Below, piece by piece: positions 12,917 to 26,227 of a stretch of DNA of 64,000 nt (positions within the stretch are counted from its first letter, which is position 1; every line of letters starts with the position of its first letter). The DNA lies in assembly GCA_030390025.1 (NCBI GenBank), contig CM059432.1:106580001-106644000 (forward strand). The letters are read 5' to 3'. Under the pieces are notes generated by a model. That model saw only the letters and a program-made list of their open reading frames with translations, was not told where the DNA came from and did not search any database. The translations under genes were made by a program, and so were the position numbers. This DNA comes from Squalus acanthias. Its lineage: Eukaryota.

Positions 12917-15900
12917 CTTAATTTATAAAGCAATAACTCCATATTTGTTTATACACCACTGCTCCCTGAGGTGTGGGCTCCATTTCCATACTATTCATTT
13001 TCGCATCAACCAACAACAAGATATTATTCCAAGCAAAACCACACCTCACAAAAGACCTAATTAACGCTTCATAAAGACATTCATTGCTGCGATAACTACT
13101 CGCCTGCCTGCACTAATTAAGGTCCCAACTTCGGCAAGTCGGTTACTCACACGCATCCAAATGCGCCTCCGTTAAACGTTGGAGCCGGGTTGTGATCGCA
13201 ATCCAAAAATCAATTATTTTAACTACCCATACGCCCACAACCCACCTGTTCTTGGGGGTTGAAATTCCCCCCATTGTTCATGGTTCTTTGATGAATAAAG
13301 ACATCATGCAGAACATCTTCCCTAGAATAAAGCTTTGCCGTAACATGCTTCCAAAGATAGCGACCGGGAATTTCTCCGGAGCTGCTGCCGCTGTAAATTT
13401 GCTGGAAGTGTGGCAGAAACCTACTTGTGCACATAAACAGGTCTCAGTCGCACTTTCGGCAAAGTTAAGGAGCTCCAACGGAATTCCCGCCCAGCAAGAT
13501 AGAAGTGGCATCTATCAACTGCTGCTTGGGATTACTGTAGGTGTGTGTTGTAAAAGGTTTCAGTTCAGTGTGCAAATCCATCCATTGACAGGGAAGGACA
13601 ATTGACCACAACCAACTCTACAACGAGTAGACAACATTCCTTGTCCCCCCACCACTTCCAGGCCCAACTGGGCCCCGCAGAGCAAAAACAAATGGCCTTA
13701 ACCCCAAAGTTCACATTACTTCAATCAGTCATAGTTATGCCAAGAAACTTTAGTGCCTCATTGCACTCTTCCTATAAGCACAGTGGTTTCATAAAATATC
13801 AATACAGATACAAACGCTAGGGAATGCAAGTTAAAAAGTTGCAGCAATTTCAAAACTTAATGACTGGCCGTTAGTAAGTGTTTTTTTAAGGAAAGGGTTA
13901 ATTAAATTGTCTTGAAGTCTCTTTGTATTAACTTTTAGCTTTTGCCTGTTAACTGAGTTTCAGTGCTCAGTTTAGTCAGTGGGAATTAAAAGCTGTACCA
14001 AGCAGAGACAGGTTGTCGCTGATAAGAAATTCAACAGTAGACAAAGGAGCTGTCTTTGTTAGCTCCAGTCCTGGAGAGGCTTTTGCCTGAGAAACACCAT
14101 ATCGGGAAAATTAGGGAGGGTAACCAAGCAGGGGCGTATGATCTGGGTGCTGCAAGGACAGGACAATCAAATCAGTGGTGAATGATAAATATGGATTAAG
14201 TAATGCAACAACACGTGAATTCTCACAGCATTTGAGTTAAAGCTCATAAGGGATGCTTTTAACTTTCAGCAGTGACAGAAGTGAATGGAAAGGAAAATTG
14301 GGTGCGGTGTATGACGGACAGCTGATTGGCTACTGCCCATGTTAAGCCACTGCCAATAGTTAGCCCTGTAGTACCTGGTGAGCAGGAGAGGAATTGGAGA
14401 ACTGAAGCAGAGTCTACGGAATGGGAAACAGAAAGCAGGGGCAGGCAAGCAACTTGCACCGAACCCATCGCTAGGTAGTGAGTCAACCAGTAATCAGTCA
14501 GCCTGGTCTCACTTAGGTAGGTCTCACAGAGGGGCCGGGAATTCCATATGACCATATACTGTAAGAACAACCAAATTGCTTGGGGGCAAAATTCGATAAG
14601 GCCTGAAAGCGGGGATCGCGGTGTGCAATCTGTCGCGCCCGTTGAAAGCACGAGAAATTCGTGCTGCCTGCTAATTAACATGATTGAAGTGATGACCCCA
14701 GTGCTGCCGGTTGGCTCAGTGCTCAGCAGGGGGCCCAATATCGTGAGAAGTCTGATCTCTATTTAAAGGTTGCCTGCAGAGTGAAACGCGGTCTGCACTT
14801 CTTAAAGGGCAGGTGCTTTGTGAAAGAAGCACCTCATTCTTAGTGGAGCTAAGGAAAGGGGAAGGTACCAATGTCGCAACAGGGCAGAGAAAGGGCACTT
14901 TGGTTCTTGGACGCAGCACTTGGCGGCCTTAATGCAGGGGGTTGATAGGAGGAGACAGGTCCTTTACTCACAGGGGGCAAGGCGGCCCTCCAAACAGACT
15001 GTCTTCTTCTTAGCCAGTCCCTTGGAACCGAGGATGACTTGCTTCCACACTAAAAATGAGTTCTCAGGTGACTGATGAGTCCAATGCGGGACCTACAGTC
15101 TCTGTCACAGGTGGGGCAGACGGTGGTTGAAGGGGTGGGTGGGTAGGGTGCTTGGGTTGACGTGCGCTCCTTCCGCTGTCTGCGCTTGGCTTCCACTTGC
15201 TCCCGGTGAAGAGACTCGAGGTGTTCGGCGCCTTCCCGGATGCTTCTCCTCCACTTTATGGGGTCTTGGGCCAAGGATTCCCAGGTGTCAGTGGGGATGT
15301 TGCACTTTTTCAAGGAGGCTTTGAGGGTGTCCTTGAAGCGTTTCCTCTGCCTACCTGGGGCTCTCTTGCCATGTCGGAGCTCCAAGTAGAGCGCTTGTTT
15401 TGGGAGTCTCGTATCGGGCATGCGGACTATGTGGCCCGTCCATCGGAGCTGATCGAGCGTGGTCAAAGCTTCGATGTTGGCCTGAGCGAGAACGCTGATG
15501 TTGGTGCGCCTATCTTGCCAATAGATTTGCAGGATCTTGCGGAGGCAGCGTTGGTGGTACCTCTCCAGTGCTTTGAGGTGCCTGCTGTACATGGTCCATG
15601 TCTCTAAAGTATACAGGAGGGCAGGTATCACTACTGCTCTGTAGACCATGAGCTTGAGGTCATGCTGGGCTTGAAGTCCTGGTCTTCAAACACTCTCTTC
15701 CTCAGGCGACCGAAGGCTGCACTGGCACACTGAAGGCGGTGTTGGACTTCGTCATCGATGTCTGCCCTTGTTGACAGTAGGCTCCCGAGGTATGGTAAGT
15801 GGTCCACATTGTCCAAGGCCTCGTCGTGGATTTTGGTAATCGGAGGGCAGTACTGTGTGGCGGGGGCAGGTTGGTAGAGGACCTTTGTATTACGGATGTT

Positions 15901-17673
15901 TAGTGTAAGGCCTATGCTTTCGTATGCTTCGGTGAAGGTGTTGATGATGGTTTGGAGTTCGGCCTCAGAGTGTGCGCAGACGCAAGTGTCGTCTGCATAC
16001 TGTAATTCGATGACAGAGGATGGGACGACCTTGGATCTGGACTGGAGGCGACGGAGGTTGAACAGTTTCCCGTTTGTTCTGTAGATTAGCTCCACTCCAG
16101 CGGGGAGCTTACTGAGGGTGAGATGGAGCATTGCAGCCAGGAAGATTGAGAAGAGCGTTGGTGCGATGACATAGCCTTGCTTGACCCTGGTCCGTACGTG
16201 AATTGGGTCTGTGTTGGATCCGTTGGTCAGGATCACGGCTTGCATGTCGTCGTGAAGCAGGCGGAGGATGGTGACAAACTTTTGAGGGCAGCCGAATTTG
16301 AGGAGGACACTCCATAATCCCTCACGATTGACGGTGTCGAAGGCACTTTGTGAGGTCAAAGAAGGCCATGTACAGCAGTTGGTGCTGTTCCCTGCATTTC
16401 TCTTGTAGTTGACGCGCGGTGAAGATCATGTCCATTGTGCCCCTTAGTGGGCGGAATCCGCATTGTGACTCTGGGAGGAACTCTTCAGCCACTGGGAGAA
16501 GGCGATTGAGGAGGATTGTTGCAATGACTTTCCCTGTGGCAGACAACAGGGAGACTCCTCTGTAATTACCGCAATCGGACTTGTCACCTTTCTTGAAGAT
16601 GGTCACAATTACGGCATCTCTGAGATTCCCTGGCATGCTCTCCTCCTTCCAAATAAGAGAAATGAGTTCATGTATTCACGCCAATAGTGCTTCTCCGCCA
16701 TGTTTTAGCGCCTCGGCGGGGATTCCGTCTGCTCCTGAGGCCTTGTTGTTCTTCAGTTGTCGGATGGCCTTTTCAACCTCATGCCGGGCTGGGGTTATGC
16801 TGAGGTGGTGGCGGGTAGCATGCTGCGGGATGGAGTTGAGGACACTCGCGTCGAAGACAGAGTCTCGGTTAAGGAGATCTTCGAAGTGCTCCTTCCAGCG
16901 GGCACTGACTGCCTCTTTGTTTTTGATGAGTACCTCTCCGTTCTTGCCCCGCAGTGGGGTAGGACCTTGGTTGCTTGACTGCGCTAAAGAATCCACGCAT
17001 GTCGTGGTTGTCGGCAAGCTGCTGGATCTCCTGTGCTTTCTCCACCCACCATCTGTTCTTTAGGTCGCAAGTTTTTTGTTGGACCTCGGCCTTCAGGCAT
17101 CTGTAGAGCTGCTTTCTTGCTCTCGAGTTCTGTTGCTGTTTCCAGATCGGGAATGCCTTGCGCTTGCGGCTTATTAGCTCCTGGATCTCTTGGTCATTCT
17201 CATCGAACCAGTCTTGGTGCTTCCTGGTCGAGTGACCGAGCGTCTCTTCACAGGTCCTGATTATGGAGGCCTTGAGTGCAGACCAGGCGCTGTGGACACT
17301 CTGTGTCTCTGAATCACTGGGAGTTGTCAGGTTGGTTGTGAGGCGCAAGCTGAATAGGGCTTTCTTAGCAGGGTCTTTGAGTGCTCCAGCGTTGATTTTC
17401 CTGCGGCATTGCTTCTATTGCCGCCATTGTTTTGGGGCTACGTTGATGGAGATGACAGAGCGGATTAGGCAGTGGTCTGTCCAGCAGTCGTCAGCTCCTG
17501 TCATGGCGCGGGTGATGCGGACGTCCTTGCGGTCCCTCGCTCGGACGATGACGTAGTCCAGCAGATGCCAGTGCTTGGAGCGAGGGTGTTGCCATGAAGC
17601 CTTGTACTTGTCACTCTGACGGAACAAGGTGTTGGTTATGACAAGGCCATAACTTATGGTTATGACTACAGAA

Positions 17674-19741
17674 TTTGTTCATCCCTGTTTGGCATAAAAA
17701 TAAAACAAAAAAGGTGACTCAACCGTGGCTAACAAGGGAAATTAGGGATAGCATAAGATCCAAGGAGAGGACATATAAATTGGCCAGAAAAAGCAGCAAA
17801 CCTGAGGGTTGGGAGCAGTTCAGGATTCAGCAAAGGAGGACAAAGGGATTAATTAAGAGGGGGGAAATAGAATATGAGAGTAAGCTTGCAGGGAACATAA
17901 AAACTGACTGTAAAAGCTTCTATAGATATGTGAAGTGAAAAAGATTGGTGAAGTCAAGCGTAGGTCCCTTGCAGTCAGAATCAGGGGAATTTATAATGGG
18001 GAACAAAGAAATGGCAGACCAATTAAATACATACTTTGGTTCTGTCTTCACAAAGGAGGACACAAATAAACTCCCAGAGATGTCGGGGAACATAGGGTCT
18101 AATGAGAGGGAGGAATTGAATGAAATCAGTATTTGTAGGGAAATGGTGTTAGGGAAATTGACGGGATTGAAGGCCGATAAATCCCCAGGGCCTGATAATC
18201 TACATCCTAGGGTACTTAAGGAAGTGGCCCTCGAAATAGTAGATGCACTGCTGGTCATCTTTCAAAATTCTATAGACTCTAGAACAGTTCCCATGGATTG
18301 GAGGGTAGCTAATGTAACCCCACTATTTAAAAAAGGTGGTAGAGAAAAAACGGGGAATTACAGTAAGTGGGCAAAATGGTAGAGTCCATTATAAAAGATG
18401 TAATAGCAGAGCACTTGGAAAACAGTGACAGGATCGGACAAAGTCAACATGGATTTACAAAAGGGAAATCATGCCTGACTAATCTACTGGAATTTTTTGA
18501 GGATGTAACTGGTAGAATAGATAAGGGAGAACCAGTGGATGTGGTGTATTTGGACTTTCAGAAGGCTTTCGATAAGGTCCCGCATAAGAGATTAGTGTGA
18601 AAAGTTAAAGCACATGGGATTGGGGGTAAGGTACTGATTTGGATAGAGAACTGGTTGGCAGACAGGAAGCAAAGAGTTGGAATAAACGGGTCTTTTTCCG
18701 AGTGGCAGGCAGTGACTAGTGGGGTACTGCAGGGATCGGTGCTAGGACCCCAGCTATTCACAATATATATTAATGATCTAGACGAGGGAACTAGATGTAA
18801 TATCTCTAAGTTTGCAGATGACACAAAGTTGGGTGGGCGTGTGTGCTGTGAGGAGGATGCAGAGAAACTCCAGTATGATTTGGACAGGTTGGGTTATTGG
18901 GCAGATGCATGGCAGATGCAGTATAATGTGGATAAATGCGAAGTTATCCACTTTGGTGGCAAAAACAGGAAGACAGATTATTATCTGAACGGCAATAGAT
19001 TGGGAAAAGGGGAAGTGCAACGAGATCTGGGAGTCCTTGTGCACCAGTCGCTGAAGGTAAGCATGCAGGTGCAGCAGGCGGTTAAGAAGGCAAATGGTAT
19101 GTTGGCCTCCATAGTGAGAGGATTCGAGTACAGGAGCAAGGATGCCTTGCTGCAGTTGTACAAGGCCTTGGTGAGACCACACCTTAAGTATTGTGTGCAG
19201 TTTTGGTCGCTTTATCTGAGGAAGGATGTTCTTGCCATGGAGGGAGTGCAGCGAAGATTTACCAGACTGATACCTGGGATGGCAGGAATGACGTATGAAG
19301 AGAGATTAGGTCGATTAGGCTTGTATTCGCTAGAGTTTAGAAGAATGAGAGGGGATCTCATTGAAACTTATAAAATTTTAACAGGACTAGACAGACTAGA
19401 TGCAGGAAGGATGTTCCTGATGGCGGGGGAGTCCAGAACCAGAGGTCACAGTCTAAGGATAAGGGGTAAGCCAATTAGGACTGAGATGAAGAGGAATTTC
19501 TTCACCCTGAGAGTGGTGAACCTGTGGAATTCTCTACCACAGAAGGCAGTTGAGGCCAATTCATTAAATATATTCAAGAAGGAGATAGATATATTTCTTA
19601 AGGCTAAAGGGATCAAGGGATATGGAGAGAAAGCAGGGACAGGGTACTGAATTTGGATGATCAGCCATGATCTCATTAAATGGCGGAGCAGGCTCGAGGG
19701 GCCGAATGGCCTACTCCTGCTCCTATCTTCTATGTTTCTAT
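17674..19741 (+). mobile_element. 5'-truncated CR1 LINE inserted in the RTE ORF
   Basis: RT motifs (SPGPD, QHGF, DFQKAFDKVPH, QGSVLGP, FADD), open 331-aa C-terminal segment, 3' UTR and (TTCTATG) tail; the RTE reading KCLEH|GLVITN rejoins across it. Confidence 0.95.
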
Positions 19742-20589
19742 GTTCTAAGCATTTCGTCAGGAGGAGGGTTCCGTTGGAGTTGGCTTTCCCTACCCCCTCT
19801 CTGCTGATCACACCTCCCCAGAGATCTGTGTCCTTTCCAACTCTGGCATTAAAGTCGCCAAGGAGGATCAGTTTGTCGCCTGTTGGGACTCGGGACAGAG
19901 ATTGTTCGAGACTGGAGTAGAATTCCTCTTTGCTCTCGTCTGTGGCTTCCAGTGTTGGGGCGTACACACTGATGACCGTAGCGCACTGGTTCCGGGCTAG
20001 GGTGAGCCATAGATTCATGAGGCGTTCGTTTATTCCACAAGGGGAGTCTCTGAGACATTCAACTAGCTCATTTTTTATGGCGAAGCCTACCCCATGGAGG
20101 AGGCGTTCTTCTTCAGGTTTGCCTTTCCAGAAGAAGGTGTAACCACCACCTTGCTCCTTGAGCTGGCCTTCCCCTGCCCGCCGGGTCTCGTTTAGGGCGG
20201 CGATGTCTATGTCGAAACGTCTGAGCTCCCTGGCAACGATAGCAGTACGGCGTTCCTGTCTGTCGCTATTGGGATTGTCCATGAGGGTCCTGACGTTCCA
20301 GGTCCCGATCTTCATTTTAAAGGGTTGAAGATGCCTGTGCATGAATTCTTTTAACGTGGGGTGGCCGTTGCACACCAGCTACCACACGGGCTTGACAGAG
20401 CAAGGTCTTGGTCCAATGGCAAGGGGATCCAGGACGATTGGAGACCATGCTCTGCTACATCGGCCTAGCACACACACACACAAATATACTCCTACTGTCC
20501 TCCTCCCTCCTTCCCACAGGTCCTCTCTTCCTGGGTTTCATAGGCTGCAGTGTGGTCCCCCTGACCCCGCTGCTGGTCCACACTGCGCC

Positions 20590-20815
20590 ACTCCTGGGAC
20601 CCGTTCTCGCCCCTGGGTCCCGACCTCGCTCCTGGGTCCCAACCTTGCTCCTGGTCCTCGAATTTGCTCCTGGGCCCCGTCCTCGCTCCTGGGCCCCGTC
20701 CTCGCTCCTGGGCCCCGACCTCGCTCCTGGGCCCCGACCTCGCTCCTGGGCCTCGTCCTCGCTCCTGGGCCTCGAACTTGCTCTTGGGCCTCGACCTCGC
20801 TCCTGGGTCCCGACT
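20590..20815. repeat. 18-bp minisatellite (ctcgctcctgggccccga)n
   Basis: About 12 directly visible units. Confidence 0.9.
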
Positions 20816-20821
20816 TCCTTA

Positions 20822-21610
20822 TAGTGTGTCTCCTTCCAGTGAGTGTGTCCCGCGGTGTCTCCTTCCAGTGAGTGTGTCCCGCGGTGTCTCCTTCCAGTGA
20901 GTGTGTCCCGCGGTGTCTCCTTCCAGTGAGTGTGTCCCGCGGTGTCTCCTTCCAGTGAGTGTGTCCCGTGGTGTCTCCTTCCAGTGATTGTGTCCCACGG
21001 TGTCTCCTTCCAGTGAGTGTGTCCCGCGGGGTGTCTCCTTCCAGTGAGTGTGCCCCGCGGTGTCTCCTTCCAGTGAGTGTGTCCCGCGGTGTGTCTCCTT
21101 CCAGTGAGTGTGTCCCGCGGTGTGTCTCCTTCCAGTGAGTGTGTCCCGCGGTGTGTCTCCTTCCAGTGAGTGTGTCCCGCGGTGTCTCCTTCCAGTGAGT
21201 GTGTCCCGCGGTGTGTCTCCTTCCAGTGAGTGTGTCCCGCGGTGTGTCTCCTTCCAGTGAGTGTGTCCCGCGGTGTCTCCTTCCAGTGAGTGTGTCCCGT
21301 GGTGTCTCCTTCCAGTGATTGTGTCCCGCGGTGTGTCTCCTTCCAGTGAGTGTGTCCCGCGGTGTCTCCTTCCAGTGAGTGTGTCCCGCGGTGTCTCCTT
21401 CCAGTGAGTCTGTCCCGCGGTGTCTCCTTCCAGTGAGTCTGTCTCGCGGTGTCTCCTTCCAGTGAGTGTGTCCCGCGGTGTCTCCAGTGAGTGTGTCCCG
21501 CGGTGTCTCCTTCCAGTGAGTGTCTCCTTCCAGTGAGAGTGTCCTACGGTGTCTCCTTCCAGTGAGTCTGTCTCGCGGTGTCTCCTTCCAGTGAGTGTGT
21601 CCCATGGTGT
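20822..21610. repeat. 29-31-bp minisatellite (gtgtctccttccagtgagtgtgtcccgcg)n
   Basis: About 27 highly similar units, differing mainly by a GT indel. Confidence 0.95.
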
Positions 21611-23459
21611 TTCCTTCGTACAGACTGTACGAAGGCAGTGGGAGCAGATTGCTGATGCAGTCAGTGCCACCAATCTTTCCCCCAGGACCTGGATCCAGTG
21701 CCGAAAGAAGTTCAATGACCTCACATGAGTGGTCAAGGTCAGTGAACGCATCTTCAAATGCCATATCCCACCAACTGCACCACTAGCCTCACAAACTGCT
21801 CAATGCACCACACCCCCATCACTCACCTACCAACAATCTCTACCAAACATGACTCATATCTCACAATCATAGCTTCACCTCACCCTCACACACTTACCAC
21901 TGTTGCAAACTTCACACCTACATCTCACACCTTGCACACAATGTCAGTTGAACAACCATGACAGGCACATCAGCCAAATACATTGCAGCACACTCACTGA
22001 CACGCTTCCCTTTCTCTTGCAGGCCAAGGTGGCGCTTAACCGGTGCCAGCAGGAGCTAACAGGCGGGGGGGCAGGCACGGCTGCAGAACCTGACCCAGCT
22101 GGAGGAGACAGTTCTGGATATAATTGGAGGGGCTGTCACTGACGCTGTGGCGATCGGCGAGGCTGAAAGCATTGATGATGAAGGTATGCTCATACCTAAT
22201 CCTTCTTCTCACATCCCACTTCCTCCTCATCCCACAATCTCTTCTCACTTACAAGCTGCTGATGGTGTAAGCATGCACATTTTGCTTCCCCCTCCCCTCA
22301 CCACAACCCGACCCTTGTGCCTTTCTCCTTTCCTTCTGCAAGAACTCCAACCTGCCCAGCCTGTGCGTGAAGAACAAGAGGAGGAGAGTGATAGAGAAGA
22401 AAAGACACTGTCACTCAATCTGACACTCCCAGGCACCAGCTCAGAAGCTGGCACTGTGTGTACTTTAGAGGGTAGTATAGAGGTGGGATCTGCACATGGT
22501 GAGCCACCGGGCATGAGTGGGCTGCAGCCAGGTCAGGGGCAAAGGGTAGCACAAGTGCTAACTCCCCGGAGGGCGAGGTCGCACACGAGTTCTGCTGTGT
22601 GATGGGCATGCTTGGTGCAATGGCAGGCCTGCCAGAGAGCCTCTTGTCACTCTCAAGGAGCATGGAGGAGTTCGGCTCCAACCTTGCACAGGGCTTGGAG
22701 CCCATGATTTCCAGGATGGAAGTGATGTACAACTCCATTGGAGTACTTCTGGACCCAATCATGATGCTGGGTGTGATGGGTGATGTCCCAGCTTCCATTG
22801 CAGCACAAGCGGAAGTGACCCAATGCCTGAGTGCTGCAGTGGAAGCTCAGACTGCTGCCATCGTGACTGCATTTATAAGTGTAGATAGGGTCCTGCAAGG
22901 TCTCACAGTAGTCCAGCAATCTGTCCTCCAACAGCTTACTAGGATTGCAGAGACACCGCCCCAGGGAGTGGCAGTGGCTCTGTGGAGCTCGAACCTGCTG
23001 TCCTCTCTCATGATGACAGCATTCGTACTTCCAGCACTGCCACTCCGCCAGTGCCCTTACTGTTGCTTGTCAGCCAGCCAGCCCAGACTGCTGCCACACT
23101 TGCCGAGGTGGCGCCTTCTCGACCCAGAGTTGCTCGAGGTCGTCCTGCAAGGCCATTTGCCGTGTCCCCCACCGAAAGTCAGCAGCCTTCCACCAGCCAT
23201 GCTGCAGCCACAGGGGTAGCACTGCATAGGAGCACTAGGATAGGCAAAGGCACATGAAAGACAGACACTAAGGGAATGCACAAGGGTGATTAGTTGACTT
23301 TTAATGTAGTTTTGGAATTAATCATTTATAAATTATGTTTGGAATTTTTTTAATGCTGGCTTTGATTTCAGCATTGTGGCCAAGAGGAGACTGTAATGTT
23401 CCATGACAGAGGGATGGTAAGGTGGGGAAGTGTTGAGCAACGGGGATCTGGGTTTTCAT

Positions 23460-26227
23460 TCAGGGGAGCAGGAGTCTGATGATGCGCTCACGGACTGCCC
23501 GTCCGGAATGGAGATTTGCAGGCTGCCTCCTCCCTTCCTCCACCTCCTCCTCCTCCACTTCCTCCTTCTCCTCTTCCTCTTCCTCCTCCTGAGGTGGACG
23601 TGGAACCCGTGGTTGCAAGGGCTGTGCCCTCATGATGGCCAAGTTGTGGAGGATGCAGCAGGCCACCATGAATTGGGACACCCTCTCCGGTGAGTACTGG
23701 AGAGCTCCTCCTGAGTGGTCAAGGCAGAGGAATCGTTGCTTTAGCACCCCGATGGCCTGCTCGATGATGCTCCTCATGGCAGCATGGCTGTCATTATATG
23801 ATTGCTAGATTACAGGAGTGGTGGGGTTGTGGAGGGGAGTCATCAGCCAAGTGTAGAGCAGATAGCTCTTGTCGCCTAGCAGCCACCCTTGGGTTCGGCG
23901 TGGTGGCTGGAAGATTGTTGGCACAGCAGACTGTGATATTCTGCTGCTAGGATACTGGGCATTCACTTTCATGATGTGCTGAGCGTGGTCGCACACCATC
24001 TGCACATTAAGTGAGTGGTACCCTTTGCGGTTACAGTACATCTCAGCATTGATATGCAACACCCGCAAAGCCACGTGTGTGCAGTCGATGGTGCCCTGCA
24101 CCATGGGGAAGCCCAATATCCTGGCAAAGCCAGGTGTGTACTCCTCCTGCTTCTCTCTGTTTGGAGAGAAGAAAATGAAGTCCCTTCTCCGAGAGTATGG
24201 TGCCTCTGTGACCTCCCGGATGCAACGATGGATGCCGAACTGTAAAGTTTCGCAATTATCGCGATTCGAAATAACATAAGAGAAACAGATTCGTTTGATC
24301 AGTTTTATTAAACGAAATGCTGTCCTGATATAAAGGACACAGAAGCCTGTAAAATGGCCGCCGCGCATCGTGGCAGAAGCTTCCAGAAATACAGTGGGCA
24401 GACAAGATGGCGTTGAATAAACATTCAATATAAGATTGGATCATACTCGATAAACACTGATAAAGACAGGATGCAACCCATTTGCATTTGAAACAATAGC
24501 AAAGATATAAGTGCTGGAATCGTTTTCCATGCACAAGTAAGGACCATTGTACTGGGCAATCGAAGGCCCATCCAGACACATCAATACACAAATACCCCCA
24601 CGGCTCTACAATGAGAGAGACATCGACGGGTGATTAAGCAAGTATTCGGGGGCCCCCAAAACCAGTCAGGGAGATGATTCATACAATCCTGGCTGGGTCA
24701 ACAATGGGGAAAACATTAATGGGTAGTTGGCCAGTTTCAGGTGCTACCGAAACCCGTTAAAGAGAAGAATCGCCCCATGCTGGGAGTTTTTGAGCGCCAA
24801 TATTACACAAAGGACAAACATTAAGATTTGGGCAGGAGATAAGCGGACACAGCACTATAACTATAGTGAACAAATGTCCATCGGTCTCTTATTCTCTTAT
24901 TCTGATCCTCGGGTATCGCTCTGCTGGACGAGCAGCCTTCTGTGTTTCTCTGGACATTGTTGACTCTTGACTCTTAGCCGTACTGGTCGGTTATTCGAAT
25001 GTTGGGTGGGGCTCACTCGGAACGAGCCGCCCCGACGAGGGCAAATAACAGGGTGCACCATCCCGAGGGTCGGTAAACGGTGTCTGGACCCAGAGGCCCG
25101 AAGAGACGAGACGAGACGAGAAGAAGAGGAGAAGAATCCACGTGCCGCCACGGTCAGTAAACCCCGACCGCGCCCGAAAATATAATAAAGAACTTTTCAT
25201 TGAAGTCTACCGACAACCGGTGTCGAGCACAGGAAGACTCTTCTTTGAATTGTACAAACGTTCCGAGTTCTACCGAGTTCTTCATGACAACAGAGAGTCT
25301 GGCCTGCTTGTCGCAGCAGCGAAGATAAACAAGTGGGGTACAGAGACCCTTCCAAACACGTGACAGTCAGGCGCTGCAGCGAAACGAGCCGAGTGCCTCA
25401 CTTTAAAATTCTCCGAAGTAACACGAGTGGTGAGCATGTTTCCCGATCCTACAAATCTAGATGTAGTGTAGGTATTGTTAGGGGAGGGTGGTTTTATTAA
25501 GGTTAAAGTATAATGTGTTCCCCTTTTTACGATGTGCCGTGCGTTCTTCATTTCCATAGACCAAGCTTTATGAATGTATGTATACTTGTACTCTCGTTAA
25601 TTTGTGCCTATGACATGTACTTCATGATTTTGGACGCTATGCAATAAAGATTTCCATTTCGTACTATTCAACCGGGTCTATTTGAGTTTTTCTCTGCATT
25701 ACTGCTCTCGCACCTAAGTCCAGTGTTAGAACCGTAAGGGCGAGTGGGTCGAACCACTCACAGGTGCTTATTGCAACAAGGCTGGCCGGAGACCAGAGCA
25801 AGCAATAGTATTAGGCAACGAAGGCCTAACCTCGCACCAGCACCGTCTGAGACACAGGCACGACGAAACCCTTACAGAACTGCGAGATGCTTGCTATCTG
25901 GCCTGATCCAGCCTGGAAGGATCCGCTGGTGAAAAAACTGAGGGCCACTGGGAGTGCCGTCATCACCCTGCTCTAAGACTGCAAGCCTGGTTGCAAGAGG
26001 TGGCAGAGTTCTGTGACCACCTCCTTGGTGAAGCGGAGCCACCGAATACACTATTCCTGGCTTAGGTGCAGGTAGAAGAAATGCTCCCTGAAGACTCTAG
26101 GTGGGTAAAGCCTCCTGCTGAGAGCTTTCCACCCCCTCCTTCCTCTGTGAGCAGCTTGTCATTGCTGCCTCTGCTCCATCTCCCTGTCATGCTGCAGCGT
26201 GAGGGGGATGGCAACTAGAGCCGCCAT
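23460..26227 (-). pseudogene. Harbinger A transposase, split by a solo LTR
   Basis: MAALVAIPL N-terminus at 26227; GFPMVQGTIDCTH, NRKGYHSLNVQ, WLLGDKSY, IEQAIGVLKQRF, ACCILHNL; stops and frameshifts present. Confidence 0.9.
24241..25876 (+). mobile_element. 1,636-bp solo LTR (Gypsy or ERV)
   Basis: TG...CA ends with inverted termini TGTAAAGTTTCG / CGAAACCCTTACA; 4-bp TSD GAAC at 24237-24240 and 25877-25880; TATA-like motif ~24857; AATAAA at 25643. Confidence 0.85.

Larger units (their letters stand above)
15003..21619 (-). mobile_element. Full-length RTE-BovB-like LINE (frameshifted) with a tandem-repeat 5' region
   Basis: APE endonuclease (MKIGTWNVRTL...LGDFNAR) at 19743-20375, RT (YADD) at ~15050-17650, (GAA)n tail, 9-bp TSD acagactgt at 14994-15002 and 21620-21628. 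Confidence 0.92.
14871..23257 (+). pseudogene. Harbinger A Myb/SANT partner gene (3 exons; exon 1 split by the RTE)
   Basis: MSQQGRERA...RRPSKQT|VRRQWEQIADAVSA...RTWIQCRKKFNDLT*VVK, GT at ~21738, exon 2 at ~22023-22183 (ELTGGG), exon 3 from ~22340; homologous to the gene at 32.7-36.7 kb. Confidence 0.8.

Noticed and set aside
13256..13492. Small MITE-like segment with ggggttgaaattcc / ggaattcccgccc ends
   Set aside because: TIRs are weak and there is no TSD
20822..21610. CRISPR-like periodicity of ~30 bp
   Set aside because: Units are head-to-tail with no unique spacers, there are no cas genes, and the context is vertebrate
20341..21764. ORFs of 408 and 312 aa with HTHWKETPRD repeats
   Set aside because: Minisatellite translation with no domain signature
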